DNA of 64,000 nucleotides, from contig VHDE01000004.1 of NCBI GenBank assembly GCA_016871515.1, positions 386-64,385 of the forward strand, given 5' to 3'. Shown here piece after piece: positions 44,488 to 56,171 of this stretch. This DNA comes from Verrucomicrobiota bacterium. GTDB taxonomy: Bacteria; Verrucomicrobiota; Verrucomicrobiia; Limisphaerales; SIBE01. Both the position numbers and the translations under genes were made by a program. Position 1 is the first letter of the stretch. Each line of letters opens with the position of its first letter. The notes under the pieces are model-generated. The model was not told the origin of the DNA. It saw only the letters and a program-made list of their open reading frames with translations, and searched no databases.

Positions 44488-47400
44488 ATGAAGACATTTC
44501 TCTTTTCCGCGGCTCTTTTCGCGAGTCTGTGGGGTTCAGAACTGCGCGCCCTATCCCAAGGCTTTCCTCCTTGGCAAGCCGCTGATCGCATGACCGTCCC
44601 GCCCGACTGCGAAGTCACACTCGTGGCCAGTGAACCGTTGGTGCGCCAACCCGTCGCGATTGAATTCGACGCTCGGGGCCGCCTCTGGGTTATTCAATAC
44701 CTCCAATATCCGAATCCGTCCGGACTGCGCCGGGTGAAGGTGGACCGCTGGTCGCGCACGACCTACGACCGCGTGCCGGAACCGCCGCCACGCGGGCCAC
44801 GTGGCGCGGACCGCATCACCATTCTGGCGGACAACGACGAAGATGGGCGCGCCGACGCGGCCAGAGACTTTGTCAACGGTCTCAATCTCGCTTCCGGATT
44901 TGCCTTTGGTCATGGTGGCGTCTTCGTATTACAGGCGCCCTACTTGCTCTTCTATTCAGACCGCGACAATGATGACGTTCCCGACAGCGCTCCAACCGTC
45001 TGTTTGAGCGGCTTTGGAATGGAAGACGCGCATTCGGTGGCCAACTCTTTGACGTGGGGGCCCGACGGCTGGCTCTACGGCTGTCAAGGCAGCACTGTAA
45101 CTTCACGCATTCGAGGGATCGAATTTCAACAAGGTGTGTGGCGGTACCATCCGTTGACACGCAAGTTCGAACTGTTCTGCGAAGGCGGAGGCAATTCATG
45201 GGGCCTCGATTTCGACGCCGAGGGCGAACTGATTTATAGCACGAATGCCGGGCCTTACCGCATGCTCCACGCGCGACAAGGAGCGTACTACTGGAAAAGC
45301 TTTGGCAAACACGGGGCGCTGCACAACCCATATGCCTTCGGTTACTTCGAACACGTCGCGCACACAAACTTCCACGGCGGCCACGTGACGGTTGGCGGCA
45401 TTGTTTATCAAGGCACTAATTTGCCGCCGCGCTTCCTCGGCCAACACATCGCGGGCGATCTGCTCGGTCACAGTGTGCAATGGCATCAACTTTATCGGCG
45501 CGCCTCGACGTTTGCTTCGAGCCACGGCGGCGAGCTCTTGCGCGCGAATGATGCTTGGTTTGCGCCGACCGATGTGATCATGGGACCAGACAACGCGATC
45601 TATGTCGCAGACTGGCATGACCATCGCACCGCGCATCCTGATCCAGACGCGGATTGGGATCGAAGCAATGGCCGCATCTACCGCATCGCGGCGAAAGGGA
45701 CGAAGGCAACCAAGCCGCCTCAGCTGGCCAACCTCGCCAGTTCTCAACTGGTCGCGTTATTGAGCGATCGCAATCCTTGGATCGTCCGCCAAGCACGGCG
45801 CATCCTGGCTGAGCGGCGCGATCCCGAAGCCGTATTTCGCCTGCGCTCACTGGTCTTGGAAGTCAAAGATGAACGTCACGCTCTGGAGGCCTTATGGGCC
45901 CTTTATCTGAGCGGCGGTTTCAACGAAAGCTTTGGCTTGCGCGCTGTCGAACATCGAAGCGCCATGGTCCGTCATTGGGCGGTCCGCCTGTTGGGCGATG
46001 AACGAACTGTCCCACCCGAGATGGCCGCGCGGCTTGCCCAACTCGCCGCAGCCGAGAAAGACGCGCGAGTGAGCGCTCAATTGGCTTGCACCGCGCAACG
46101 TCTGGCGGCGCCCACTGGCCTCGCCATCGCCCTCGCTTTGCTGCGCGGCACATCAAATGCGGATGACCCTCACCTCCCATTGCTCATCTGGTGGGCCATC
46201 GAGCGGCACGCCATCGCAGGCATCGCTGAATTGAGTGAGTTCTTCGCTGGGCGCGCGGCGGCGCACTCTGAAATCGCGCGGAACATCGTGCGAGAACGCT
46301 TGCTGCGGCGTTGGACTGCCGAAGGGACGGAAGCGACTCTCAATGCCTGCGCATCCGTCATTGCGGCGGCAGACGCTTCGGAACGCCCCGCACTTTTCGC
46401 TGCTGTCGAGCAAGGCTTCCGCGACCGGCCCCGCGAACCGGTTGGCTTTGGCAGCGGCGGGTTGTTTGCCGGGAGTGCTGTCGCAGAGCTGAAGATCCCC
46501 AGACGATTCGAGCATTACCAGAATGTGACGGATGCATTGGCGCGCGAATTTGACCGCCTCTGGCGCGAGGACACACGCGATGCCGCGTTAATTCGGTTCT
46601 CTTGTCGAATTGGACGCGGGAATGGCCGCGCGCGCGCGACATCACTGGCGGCGGATGAATCTGCCTCGCCTCATCTGCGCATCGAAATGATACGAACTCT
46701 GGCAGAGCTGGGATATGCCGGGAGCGCTGAAGAATTCTTGCGATTGGCAAAATCTGATGCGCCAGAGATGGTGCGGCTGGCTGCGCTGGAGTCGTTATCA
46801 TCTTTCGACTATCTGAACTTAGCCGAGGAGATTCTTGCGGCCTGCCCAAGTTTTCCCGAACGATTGCGGCATCGCGCTCGGGACGTTTTATTGAGCCGCA
46901 AGGAATGGGCGGCAGCGCTGTTGGTTGCTGTGGATAAGAAACACATTGCCGCGCGCGAGATCTCGTTTCAGCAACTGCGAACGGCTGCGCTCCATAATGA
47001 CCCTGAGCTCGACAAGCTGATCCGCAGGCATTGGGGCAACATCACGAGCGGAACCAAAGAGGAGAAACTCGCCGAAATGCGCCGCTTGCAGAATGATCTG
47101 AGAGCCGGCGAAGGCGATCCGGTTCGAGGACATGCGCTCTATCGGCAAGCGTGCGCGGCCTGCCATGTTCTTCATGGTGAGGGCGGGCAAGTTGGGCCCG
47201 ATCTCACTTACGCCAATCGCGCCGACCGCGAATTTCTGTTGGCCAGCATCGTGGACCCAAGCGCCACGGTTCGGAAAGAATTTCTGAATTACGAAATTGA
47301 GACAACCGGCGGGCGGATCCTCAGCGGCTTGATCGCAGAGCAGGCCGCCGGCACAATGACAATCGTTTCAGCGAACGGAGAGCGCAACGAAATCGCACGG

Positions 47401-47529
47401 GACCGGATTCAGTCGATGCGTGAATCGGCTGTCTCGGCGATGCCCGAAGGCCTGTTGCAGCCGCTCAAACCACAGGAGTTGCGCGACTTGTTCAGTTACT
47501 TGCAGAGGACAAATCGAACCAAACCATAA
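44488..47529 (+). CDS. PVC-type membrane-bound-dehydrogenase beta-propeller + HEAT + heme-binding (CxxCH) protein; paralog of 31697..35647 without the ThuA domain
   Basis: Start moved to MKTFLFSAALFASLWGSELRA (ATG at 44488). VTLVASEPLVRQPVAIEFDARGRLWV, SLTWGPDGWLYGCQG, GGNSWGLDFD, WFAPTDVIMGPDNAIYVADWHD; HEAT region; GHALYRQACAACH..MPEG. Confidence 0.85.
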   Translation: MKTFLFSAALFASLWGSELRALSQGFPPWQAADRMTVPPDCEVTLVASEPLVRQPVAIEFDARGRLWVIQYLQYPNPSGLRRVKVDRWSRTTYDRVPEPPPRGPRGADRITILADNDEDGRADAARDFVNGLNLASGFAFGHGGVFVLQAPYLLFYSDRDNDDVPDSAPTVCLSGFGMEDAHSVANSLTWGPDGWLYGCQGSTVTSRIRGIEFQQGVWRYHPLTRKFELFCEGGGNSWGLDFDAEGELIYSTNAGPYRMLHARQGAYYWKSFGKHGALHNPYAFGYFEHVAHTNFHGGHVTVGGIVYQGTNLPPRFLGQHIAGDLLGHSVQWHQLYRRASTFASSHGGELLRANDAWFAPTDVIMGPDNAIYVADWHDHRTAHPDPDADWDRSNGRIYRIAAKGTKATKPPQLANLASSQLVALLSDRNPWIVRQARRILAERRDPEAVFRLRSLVLEVKDERHALEALWALYLSGGFNESFGLRAVEHRSAMVRHWAVRLLGDERTVPPEMAARLAQLAAAEKDARVSAQLACTAQRLAAPTGLAIALALLRGTSNADDPHLPLLIWWAIERHAIAGIAELSEFFAGRAAAHSEIARNIVRERLLRRWTAEGTEATLNACASVIAAADASERPALFAAVEQGFRDRPREPVGFGSGGLFAGSAVAELKIPRRFEHYQNVTDALAREFDRLWREDTRDAALIRFSCRIGRGNGRARATSLAADESASPHLRIEMIRTLAELGYAGSAEEFLRLAKSDAPEMVRLAALESLSSFDYLNLAEEILAACPSFPERLRHRARDVLLSRKEWAAALLVAVDKKHIAAREISFQQLRTAALHNDPELDKLIRRHWGNITSGTKEEKLAEMRRLQNDLRAGEGDPVRGHALYRQACAACHVLHGEGGQVGPDLTYANRADREFLLASIVDPSATVRKEFLNYEIETTGGRILSGLIAEQAAGTMTIVSANGERNEIARDRIQSMRESAVSAMPEGLLQPLKPQELRDLFSYLQRTNRTKP

Positions 47530-47703
47530 TTGCCTATGACTAAGCACGATTCTTTGCGAGTAGCGACGTATTCCACTATAAAGCCTCTTGGTAATTCAAG
47601 GCCCTGTGGCAAATGGTTGTCCCTCCGGGACAAAAACGTATTGAATTACCGAAAGGCCCTGCCAATCGACGAGAGACGTTGGGCAGCCAGAATACGATTC
47701 TGC

Positions 47704-48762
47704 ATGACCGTTGTAAGCGCTTTGCTTTTCGGGATGCCGATTGGTTTTGCCGCTGATGCTGCGCAGACGCGGACGTATGAGAACCGACTGACTCCGATCA
47801 AAGACCCGCAACCATTGCTTGCCGACTATCCGCAATGGGTCGAACCGATCCGCGAAACCAATCGCTTTGAGGCGCCGTTGCTCGTGAATGATTCTCACGC
47901 GGATTTGGCGGTGCGAGCTTGGCGGTTCAGTTACAATGCGCGCGGCATTATCGAAATGCCGAACCACCTCGATGCTGCCCAAACCGCGGTCATCGTTGTT
48001 CATCCCTGGGGCATCGACGACAGCCATGGCTGGCGCACTCCGGAACCGGCTGGTGTCGCCGACTTTTGCACTCCAAGAAAAAACGCGTTGTCTTACGAAC
48101 ACACCAAACAAGTGATCAACCCGTTCCTGAAAAGGCTGCGCGGCCAGGTGAAACATGTCCTTTATTCCGAACCCGGCGCTGAAGATTCAATTCGCAAGAA
48201 GCTTTATCGTTCCGTGCGAGGACGGCCCACGCCGCCCGATCGCGAAGAAGGACGCCGCGAACTTGCCGCCAAACTGAAAAGTTTTCCATACAAGGGCGCG
48301 CCCTTGCCGGCGCAACTCAGACTGCGAGCGAACACGCCGGTCGTTGATTATTTCAAGCAATTCCCCGGACTCGACGCGGGTGATCGATACAATGGCGCGG
48401 GGTTTTGGAAACTGCCGATTCCAGTGGTCGATGCGATCGAAGTGTTTGCCGACGACATCGTCATTTATGATGACGAAGGCTATCCTGCGCTCCGCGACTT
48501 CCTGCGAGCGGACGGCGTTCGGCACATTCTGTTGACCGGATATGCGACCGACATGTGTTACGCGCGGACTTGCGCCGGTTATGAAAACCTTTCCAAGGAT
48601 TTCAACGTCTTTCTGGTGGGCGACGCGACGCTGGCGACGTTTCCGGCGCATGACACGCCCCGCTTCGCTACCAGCGCTCACATTGCATTCGCTTCGCTAA
48701 ATCAATTGGTGACGCAGGTCTCTTGGATTGAATATCGTGGCAAAGCGAAAGGAGACAGATGA
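47704..48762 (+). CDS. Secreted hypothetical protein with an isochorismatase-like C-terminal region
   Basis: Start moved to MTVVSALLFGMPIGFAADA (ATG at 47704). AVIVVHPWGIDDSHGW; RHILLTGYATDMCYARTCAGYENLSKDFNVFLVGDATLA resembles the cysteine-hydrolase core. Family uncertain. Confidence 0.5.
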   Translation: MTVVSALLFGMPIGFAADAAQTRTYENRLTPIKDPQPLLADYPQWVEPIRETNRFEAPLLVNDSHADLAVRAWRFSYNARGIIEMPNHLDAAQTAVIVVHPWGIDDSHGWRTPEPAGVADFCTPRKNALSYEHTKQVINPFLKRLRGQVKHVLYSEPGAEDSIRKKLYRSVRGRPTPPDREEGRRELAAKLKSFPYKGAPLPAQLRLRANTPVVDYFKQFPGLDAGDRYNGAGFWKLPIPVVDAIEVFADDIVIYDDEGYPALRDFLRADGVRHILLTGYATDMCYARTCAGYENLSKDFNVFLVGDATLATFPAHDTPRFATSAHIAFASLNQLVTQVSWIEYRGKAKGDR

Positions 48763-49934
48763 AAAACGAACGTGCAAACCGCCGCGTCCCCGCAATGCCG
48801 CTGGAGCGCGCCCGTCCTCGGGCGCAGCGACGTTCGCATATTCAAAGCTCGTCAAATGTTCCATCACTTCCAGAACTGCGGACATCGCTGCCCCCGAGGA
48901 CGGGCGCGCTCCGTAACATCGGTTCGCTCACTCGCCGCAACTTTATAGCGCGCATTTCGTCAGGCGCGTTCGCCGCTCTAAGCGTTCTTCCGCAGAAGCT
49001 GCTTGCTCAGACGCCTAACGCCTCCGCGCTTGAAAACAAGGCGCTGATCGCCATTACTCTTGATCTCGAAATGGCGCGGAATTTCCCGCGCTGGGAACAG
49101 ACCCATTGGGATTACGAAAAGGGGAATCTGAACGACGATGCCAAGCGATACACACTCGAAGCCGCCCGTCGTGTCAAAGCTCACGGTGGCGTGATCCATT
49201 GCTTTGCGGTCGGTCGCGTGTTCGAGCAAGCAAATGTGGACTGGCTCAAGGAATTGATTCTGGAAGGGCACTTCCTTGGCAATCACACCTACGATCATGT
49301 TTATGTGCTCGCGACGAAACCGGACGAGATTCAATACCGCTTCAATCGAGCGCCCTGGTTGATCGAAGGCAAAAAACCTGCGGAAGTCATCCGCGAGAAT
49401 ATTGAATTGTGCACGGCGGCCATGAAGACACGGCTTGGCATCATGCCGGCCGGCTTCCGGACACCGGGCGGTTTCGCCGATGGACTAAACGGACGCCCGG
49501 ACGTGCAACAGATGCTCCTCGCTGCCGGCTTTCGATGGGTGAGTTGCAAATATCCTGTGCATCCGTACAGCCAGCCCGGCGCCGCGCCGGCTCGCGATGT
49601 GTTCGACGGCATTGTAAAAGCGCAGGCTGCGGCGCAACCATTCACGTATCCCACTGGACTGATCGATGTTCCCATGAGCCCAATCAGCGACATCGGCGCG
49701 TTCCGAAACTGTCGTTGGAAGCTCGACTATTTTTTGACCGCGCTTCAGCTTGCGGTCGAGTGGACCATCGAGCATCGCGCCGTGTTCGATCTCCTTTGCC
49801 ATCCTTCGGTGCTTTACCCGAGCGACCCGGAATTCAAAGCGATCGAGTTGGTTTGCGACTTGGTAAAACGGGCGGGCGACCGCGCCGCGATTGTCGATTT
49901 AGGAACTATCGCGCAGCGGGTCAAGAAGGCGTGA
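48759..49934 (+). CDS. Polysaccharide deacetylase (NodB-homology) family protein with a Tat-type signal
   Basis: ATGA overlap with the upstream gene. Tat motif: SLTRRNFIARISSGAFAAL. LIAITLDLEMARNF, HCFAVGRVFE, GHFLGNHTYDHV. Codons ~16-51 are a palindromic repeat (48804..48911); alternative start ATG at 48795. Confidence 0.75.
   Translation: MKNERANRRVPAMPLERARPRAQRRSHIQSSSNVPSLPELRTSLPPRTGALRNIGSLTRRNFIARISSGAFAALSVLPQKLLAQTPNASALENKALIAITLDLEMARNFPRWEQTHWDYEKGNLNDDAKRYTLEAARRVKAHGGVIHCFAVGRVFEQANVDWLKELILEGHFLGNHTYDHVYVLATKPDEIQYRFNRAPWLIEGKKPAEVIRENIELCTAAMKTRLGIMPAGFRTPGGFADGLNGRPDVQQMLLAAGFRWVSCKYPVHPYSQPGAAPARDVFDGIVKAQAAAQPFTYPTGLIDVPMSPISDIGAFRNCRWKLDYFLTALQLAVEWTIEHRAVFDLLCHPSVLYPSDPEFKAIELVCDLVKRAGDRAAIVDLGTIAQRVKKA
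48804..48911. repeat. Family J palindrome inside the 5' coding region of the deacetylase gene
   Basis: GAGCGCGCCCGTCCTCGGGCGCAGCGA - 54 nt - TCGCTGCCCCCGAGGACGGGCGCGCTC (27-bp arms, 1 mismatch). Confidence 0.9.
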
Positions 49935-49939
49935 CCGGG

Positions 49940-50074
49940 CGTAGCGCAGACTTGTAGTCTGCTGTATCGCCGACTTGCAGTCGGCACAGGGTCCGCACCT
50001 TCGACAACGTTCGATTTGCGGGCGGTCCGCAGAATACAATTCTGCGATACAGCAGAGTGAAACTCTGCGCTACG
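49940..50074. repeat. Family E inverted pair between the deacetylase and ridA genes
   Basis: CGTAGCGCAGACTTGTAGTCTGCTGTATCGCCGACTTGCAGTCGGC ... TCTGCGATACAGCAGAGTGAAACTCTGCGCTACG. Confidence 0.9.
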
Positions 50075-50094
50075 AAGCAGAAACAAAACAAGCT

Positions 50095-50469
50095 ATGAAA
50101 CGAAAAGAACTCTTTCCTGCGGATGCGCCCGCCGCCGATGTTGGCTACTCACCTGGGATCCTCGTGGAAGGACGCAAATTCGTGTTCGTTTCGGGGCAAG
50201 GTCCGCGCGACCTGAACGCCGATATGGAGACGCAAATGCGGCAAACATTCGAGCGGATTGGCCAGGTCTTGGCAGCCGCCGGAGGTTCGATGAAGGACAT
50301 CGTGATTCTCCGGTCATATTTCGTAAAACTTTCACGTGACCTGCCCGTCTATCGCAAAGTTCGCAAAGAATTCCTCGTGACGCCGTATCCGGCCTCGACG
50401 GTCGTGGGTGTGACAGAATTGGCAATTCCAGGCTTGCAGATTGAAATCGAAGCGGTGGCTGTGCTGTAG
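50095..50469 (+). CDS. ridA: RidA/YjgF/L-PSP family reactive-intermediate deaminase
   Basis: Start moved to MKRKELFPADAP (ATG at 50095). YSPGILVEGRKFVFVSGQGP, IGQVLAAAGGSMKDIV, PASTVVGVTELAIPGLQIEIEAVA. Confidence 0.9.
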   Translation: MKRKELFPADAPAADVGYSPGILVEGRKFVFVSGQGPRDLNADMETQMRQTFERIGQVLAAAGGSMKDIVILRSYFVKLSRDLPVYRKVRKEFLVTPYPASTVVGVTELAIPGLQIEIEAVAVL

Positions 50470-50675
50470 CGGCAGCCTCCTGCCTGCCGCAGAGGGCGTG
50501 CATCTTGCCGCCCGGAGCAACGCTTGAAACGAGGAGGCTGCGTTCTAGTGCGCACGCGTGATCCGCCGGGCAGGATGCCCGCCGCTGCGCACCGCGGTGC
50601 AGTGCGGTGCAGCCGTCGCTGGGATTTTCGGTTGCCAATGCCGTAGAACGCTGATTAGCTCTGCGCGTATTGCGT

Positions 50676-51176
50676 ATGACACCTGCATCAAACGAAGCAT
50701 CTCTGGCGGCGCGTCTCGAGGACGTGGAGCGGCGATTGGCCCGCCTGGAAACATCTCTGGCCGGCGCGCGCAGCGCCAGCATGATTTCAATCCTCATTCC
50801 GCTGATCGATTACATTCGCGCTGACGACCTTCCCGAGGACCGGAAGGTTTTGCTATCACTCAAAGAAGGCGAACTGCGTGAAGTCCACGGCGTCGAATAC
50901 GAGGAATTGGTCCGCCCTTCGCGCCGCGCTTGTTCGTCTTACGATGTCTTGGGAATCCTGCTAAAGGAAGTCGATGACGAAGTGCGCGAGGTCTTTTACC
51001 AAAATTGGGGCGACAGCATTGTGGGCTGCTTCAAGGCCGCTGAGCGTTCCGGCCTTTTGGACATGGAACGCGCTAACAATCCCAATCGTTGGAAGAATTT
51101 CGAGCAGTTAGCGCACAAAGTGGAGTCTTATATTCAATCCGTCGGCCAGGGCAACGCCACCAAGAACAAACGCTGA
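50676..51176 (+). CDS. Hypothetical protein (N-terminal coiled coil, no recognised family)
   Basis: MTPASNEASLAARLEDVERRLARLETSL..; coding-like composition; no motif I can place. Confidence 0.45.
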   Translation: MTPASNEASLAARLEDVERRLARLETSLAGARSASMISILIPLIDYIRADDLPEDRKVLLSLKEGELREVHGVEYEELVRPSRRACSSYDVLGILLKEVDDEVREVFYQNWGDSIVGCFKAAERSGLLDMERANNPNRWKNFEQLAHKVESYIQSVGQGNATKNKR

Positions 51177-51286
51177 TTCCACGCGCTTGGCCGGCTGACA
51201 GGTCTTCGTTTTCATCTGTGTTGCGCGAGTGGCCCGGGCAAGCCGGGCCTCGGATAATTCTGATAATGCTGCTGGATGCTTGTTGG

Positions 51287-53950
<2,664 letters not shown>

Positions 53951-54010
53951 GATTGCCGAACTCTAACCAAACTTGGCCCTTCTCCGCAATCTTCCTAAAG
54001 TACGTCTGTC

Positions 54011-54127
54011 GCAGGACGGGGCGTCTCGCTTGTCCAGCATTTGGGTACACCAAAAGCAGGACAGGCGGGACGCGCTGTCCTGCCACACGGTTCATAGGTC
54101 CAATGATCGAAAATGTGTTTCGGAGAC
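54011..54127. repeat. Family C double hairpin plus end-module
   Basis: GCAGGACGGGGCGTCTCGCTTGTCCAGCATTTGGGTACACCAAAAGCAGGACAGGCGGGACGCGCTGTCCTGCC..GGTTCATAGGTCCAATGATCGAAAATGTGTTTCGGAGAC. Confidence 0.9.
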
Positions 54128-54508
54128 ATCGCCCTGGTCTTCCGGCGTCAAAGTCACCCCTTCGCGCGATCACGTTGATTGCGCGCTGTGTTGTCAGGGT
54201 CGGAGGCCGAATCTCGTTTGTCTAAGTCTGTATTCGGTCGAGTTCCAGTTCCCGTTGCGTCTTCCTGCCTTGCGCAGCCGGCCAACAGGGCAGTCAATCC
54301 GATCATAAGAGTAAAATGTTTCATAAGCTTGCTTTCGTGTTGTGACTCAAGTGAGTGTTACTTTAATCACAATCAAGGGATCAAAAGCGTTTGGCAATAA
54401 GTCCGCCGCCTGGTTCGGTGATCAGGGAAGTCTGGACATCCACCTTCTAATTGGCGGTGGCGCCGAGATCACCCGACGTGCCCGGTTAAGAACGTCATTC
54501 TTCTGCAC

Positions 54509-55507
54509 ATGGGCGGCGGGCCGAGTCACCTCGATACCTGGGATCCGAAACCCGCTCTGACAAAACTGCAAGGCAAAGACGTGCCGGACAGCATCGCGAA
54601 GAATGTACCGATGAACAAGCGGCTCCGATTGCAGAACCTTTACCCATCTCCGTACGAATTCAAACCGTACGGCCGAAGCGGAATTCCGGTCTCGACCTTA
54701 TTCAAGGAAACCGCCGCACACGTGGACGATATCTGCGTGATTCGGAGCATGAAGCACGACAGTCCAATCCATACGCCAGCAGAGTATCTGGCCCTGACTG
54801 GATCATTGACCGGCGCGCGGCCAACGATTGGCGCGTGGCTGTACTACGGGCTTGGCAGCGAAAATCAGAATCTCCCAGGCTTCGTGGTGATGGATGCGGG
54901 AGAGAATTTCAGCGGTCCAGCGATTTGGTGGGCTGGTTTTTTGCCGACGCGTTATCAAGGCACGCTGGTCAAAGCATCGGAAGGGATTGCAAATATCAGA
55001 ATGCCGGCTGGCTTCACGGAAGCGGCTCGCCGCACGCAGCTCGATTTCATGGAGCGAATGAACCGGCGCCACTTGGAACGTCACGGCGGAGGGTCCGAAT
55101 TGGAAGCGCGCATTCTTTCCTATGAGCTGGCCTTCCGAATGCAAATGGCAGCTCCCGAGGTTTTTGACCTCAAAGGGGAAAGTGAGCAGACATTGGTCAT
55201 TTGGGGTGGCGAATTCGGACGCACCCCTGCCGCCGAAGGGAGCGGGAGAAATCCCGGCCGCGATCATTCGCCAACGGGTTATTGCATGTGGCTCGCTGGT
55301 GGCGGTGTTAAAGGAGGGCAGGTCATTGGTGCAACCGATGATGTCGGTTATACGGTGGTGGATCGCCCGATTCATCCAAACGATTTTCATGCGACGATTC
55401 TTCATGCGCTAGGCGTCGATCAACAGGAACTTTATTACGAACATCAAAACCGGAAAGAACTGGCCACCTTCAATGGTGGCGAAGTGATCGAGGAAGTTTT
55501 TGGTTAG
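54509..55507 (+). CDS. DUF1501 (sulfatase-fold) protein, probably defective: 5' frameshift and internal in-frame deletion
   Basis: (KNVILLH)MGGGPSHLDTWDPKP, IRSMKHDSPIH, GAWLYYGLGSENQNLPGFVVM, ILSYELAFRMQMAAPE, GGEFGRTP..GRDH, WLAGGGVKGG. No Tat signal in frame (stop at 54419-54421). ESEQT|LVIWGGEFGRTP skips a block that, from memory, is ~75-80 aa in family members. Confidence 0.8.
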   Translation: MGGGPSHLDTWDPKPALTKLQGKDVPDSIAKNVPMNKRLRLQNLYPSPYEFKPYGRSGIPVSTLFKETAAHVDDICVIRSMKHDSPIHTPAEYLALTGSLTGARPTIGAWLYYGLGSENQNLPGFVVMDAGENFSGPAIWWAGFLPTRYQGTLVKASEGIANIRMPAGFTEAARRTQLDFMERMNRRHLERHGGGSELEARILSYELAFRMQMAAPEVFDLKGESEQTLVIWGGEFGRTPAAEGSGRNPGRDHSPTGYCMWLAGGGVKGGQVIGATDDVGYTVVDRPIHPNDFHATILHALGVDQQELYYEHQNRKELATFNGGEVIEEVFG

Positions 55508-55519
55508 GTTCTGGCCTCT

Positions 55520-56041
55520 ATGCGAACACTTCATTTATCCGCGCAATTGACGTGCTGCGTCATTGTCACGTGGGCTCTCTGTACTCTCCACGCGCAAGAT
55601 AAGCCCACTTCAATGCCTCCCGCACTCTTCACCAATTCGATTGGAATGAAACTGGCCACGATTCCGCCAGGCGAATTCATGATGGGTTCGAGTCAGGAAG
55701 ACGCTGACGTGGCGCTCAAACAGATGAAGGAAAGGAGAGCGCACGAATGGTACTTGCAGAGCCCACCGAGCGAAACTCCGGGTCATCGCGTGAGAATCAC
55801 GAAGCCGTTTTATTTCGGTGTCTTCGAGGTCACGCTGGGTGATTACAAAAAGTTTGCCGAGGCGACGGCCTACCGCACAACGGCCGAGAAGGATGGCAAA
55901 AGGGCTGATGGCAAACTGAATGGCAAATGGAGCACACAGCCAGAGTTCAATTGGAAAAACATGGGTTGCAACCGCACGGATGACCAGCCAGTCGTCAATA
56001 TCACCTGGTCTCCACGCCTTTTCGCGCATTGCACCAATTAG
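55520..56041 (+). CDS. Formylglycine-generating-enzyme (SUMF1/FGE-sulfatase) domain protein, 3'-truncated at a repeat
   Basis: Signal: MRTLHLSAQLTCCVIVTWALCTLHA. FTNSIGMKLATIPPGEFMMGS, HRVRITKPFYFGVFEVTLGDYKKF, DDQPVVNITW. The frame then leaves the family (SPRLFAHCTN*) exactly where the family C repeat 56045..56133 begins. Confidence 0.75.
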   Translation: MRTLHLSAQLTCCVIVTWALCTLHAQDKPTSMPPALFTNSIGMKLATIPPGEFMMGSSQEDADVALKQMKERRAHEWYLQSPPSETPGHRVRITKPFYFGVFEVTLGDYKKFAEATAYRTTAEKDGKRADGKLNGKWSTQPEFNWKNMGCNRTDDQPVVNITWSPRLFAHCTN

Positions 56042-56044
56042 CGG

Positions 56045-56133
56045 TGTGGTAGGACAGTGCGTCCCGCCTGTCCTTTTGGTGTACGCAGATGCTGAACAGA
56101 CGGGACGCCTGTCTTACCACACGGTTCAGGGAA
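56045..56133. repeat. Family C double hairpin (inverted orientation)
   Basis: GGTAGGACAGTGCGTCCCGCCTGTCCTTTTGGTGTACGCAGATGCTGAACAGACGGGACGCCTGTCTTACC. Confidence 0.9.
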
Positions 56134-56171
56134 GGGATCCTGGCGCGCGTCGACGCCCGCGTGTCGAGCAA

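Noticed and set aside
50093-50797. 234-aa ORF (-) antisense to ridA
   Set aside because: An Arg/Ala-rich shadow frame of a GC-rich region. The + strand encodes a textbook RidA.
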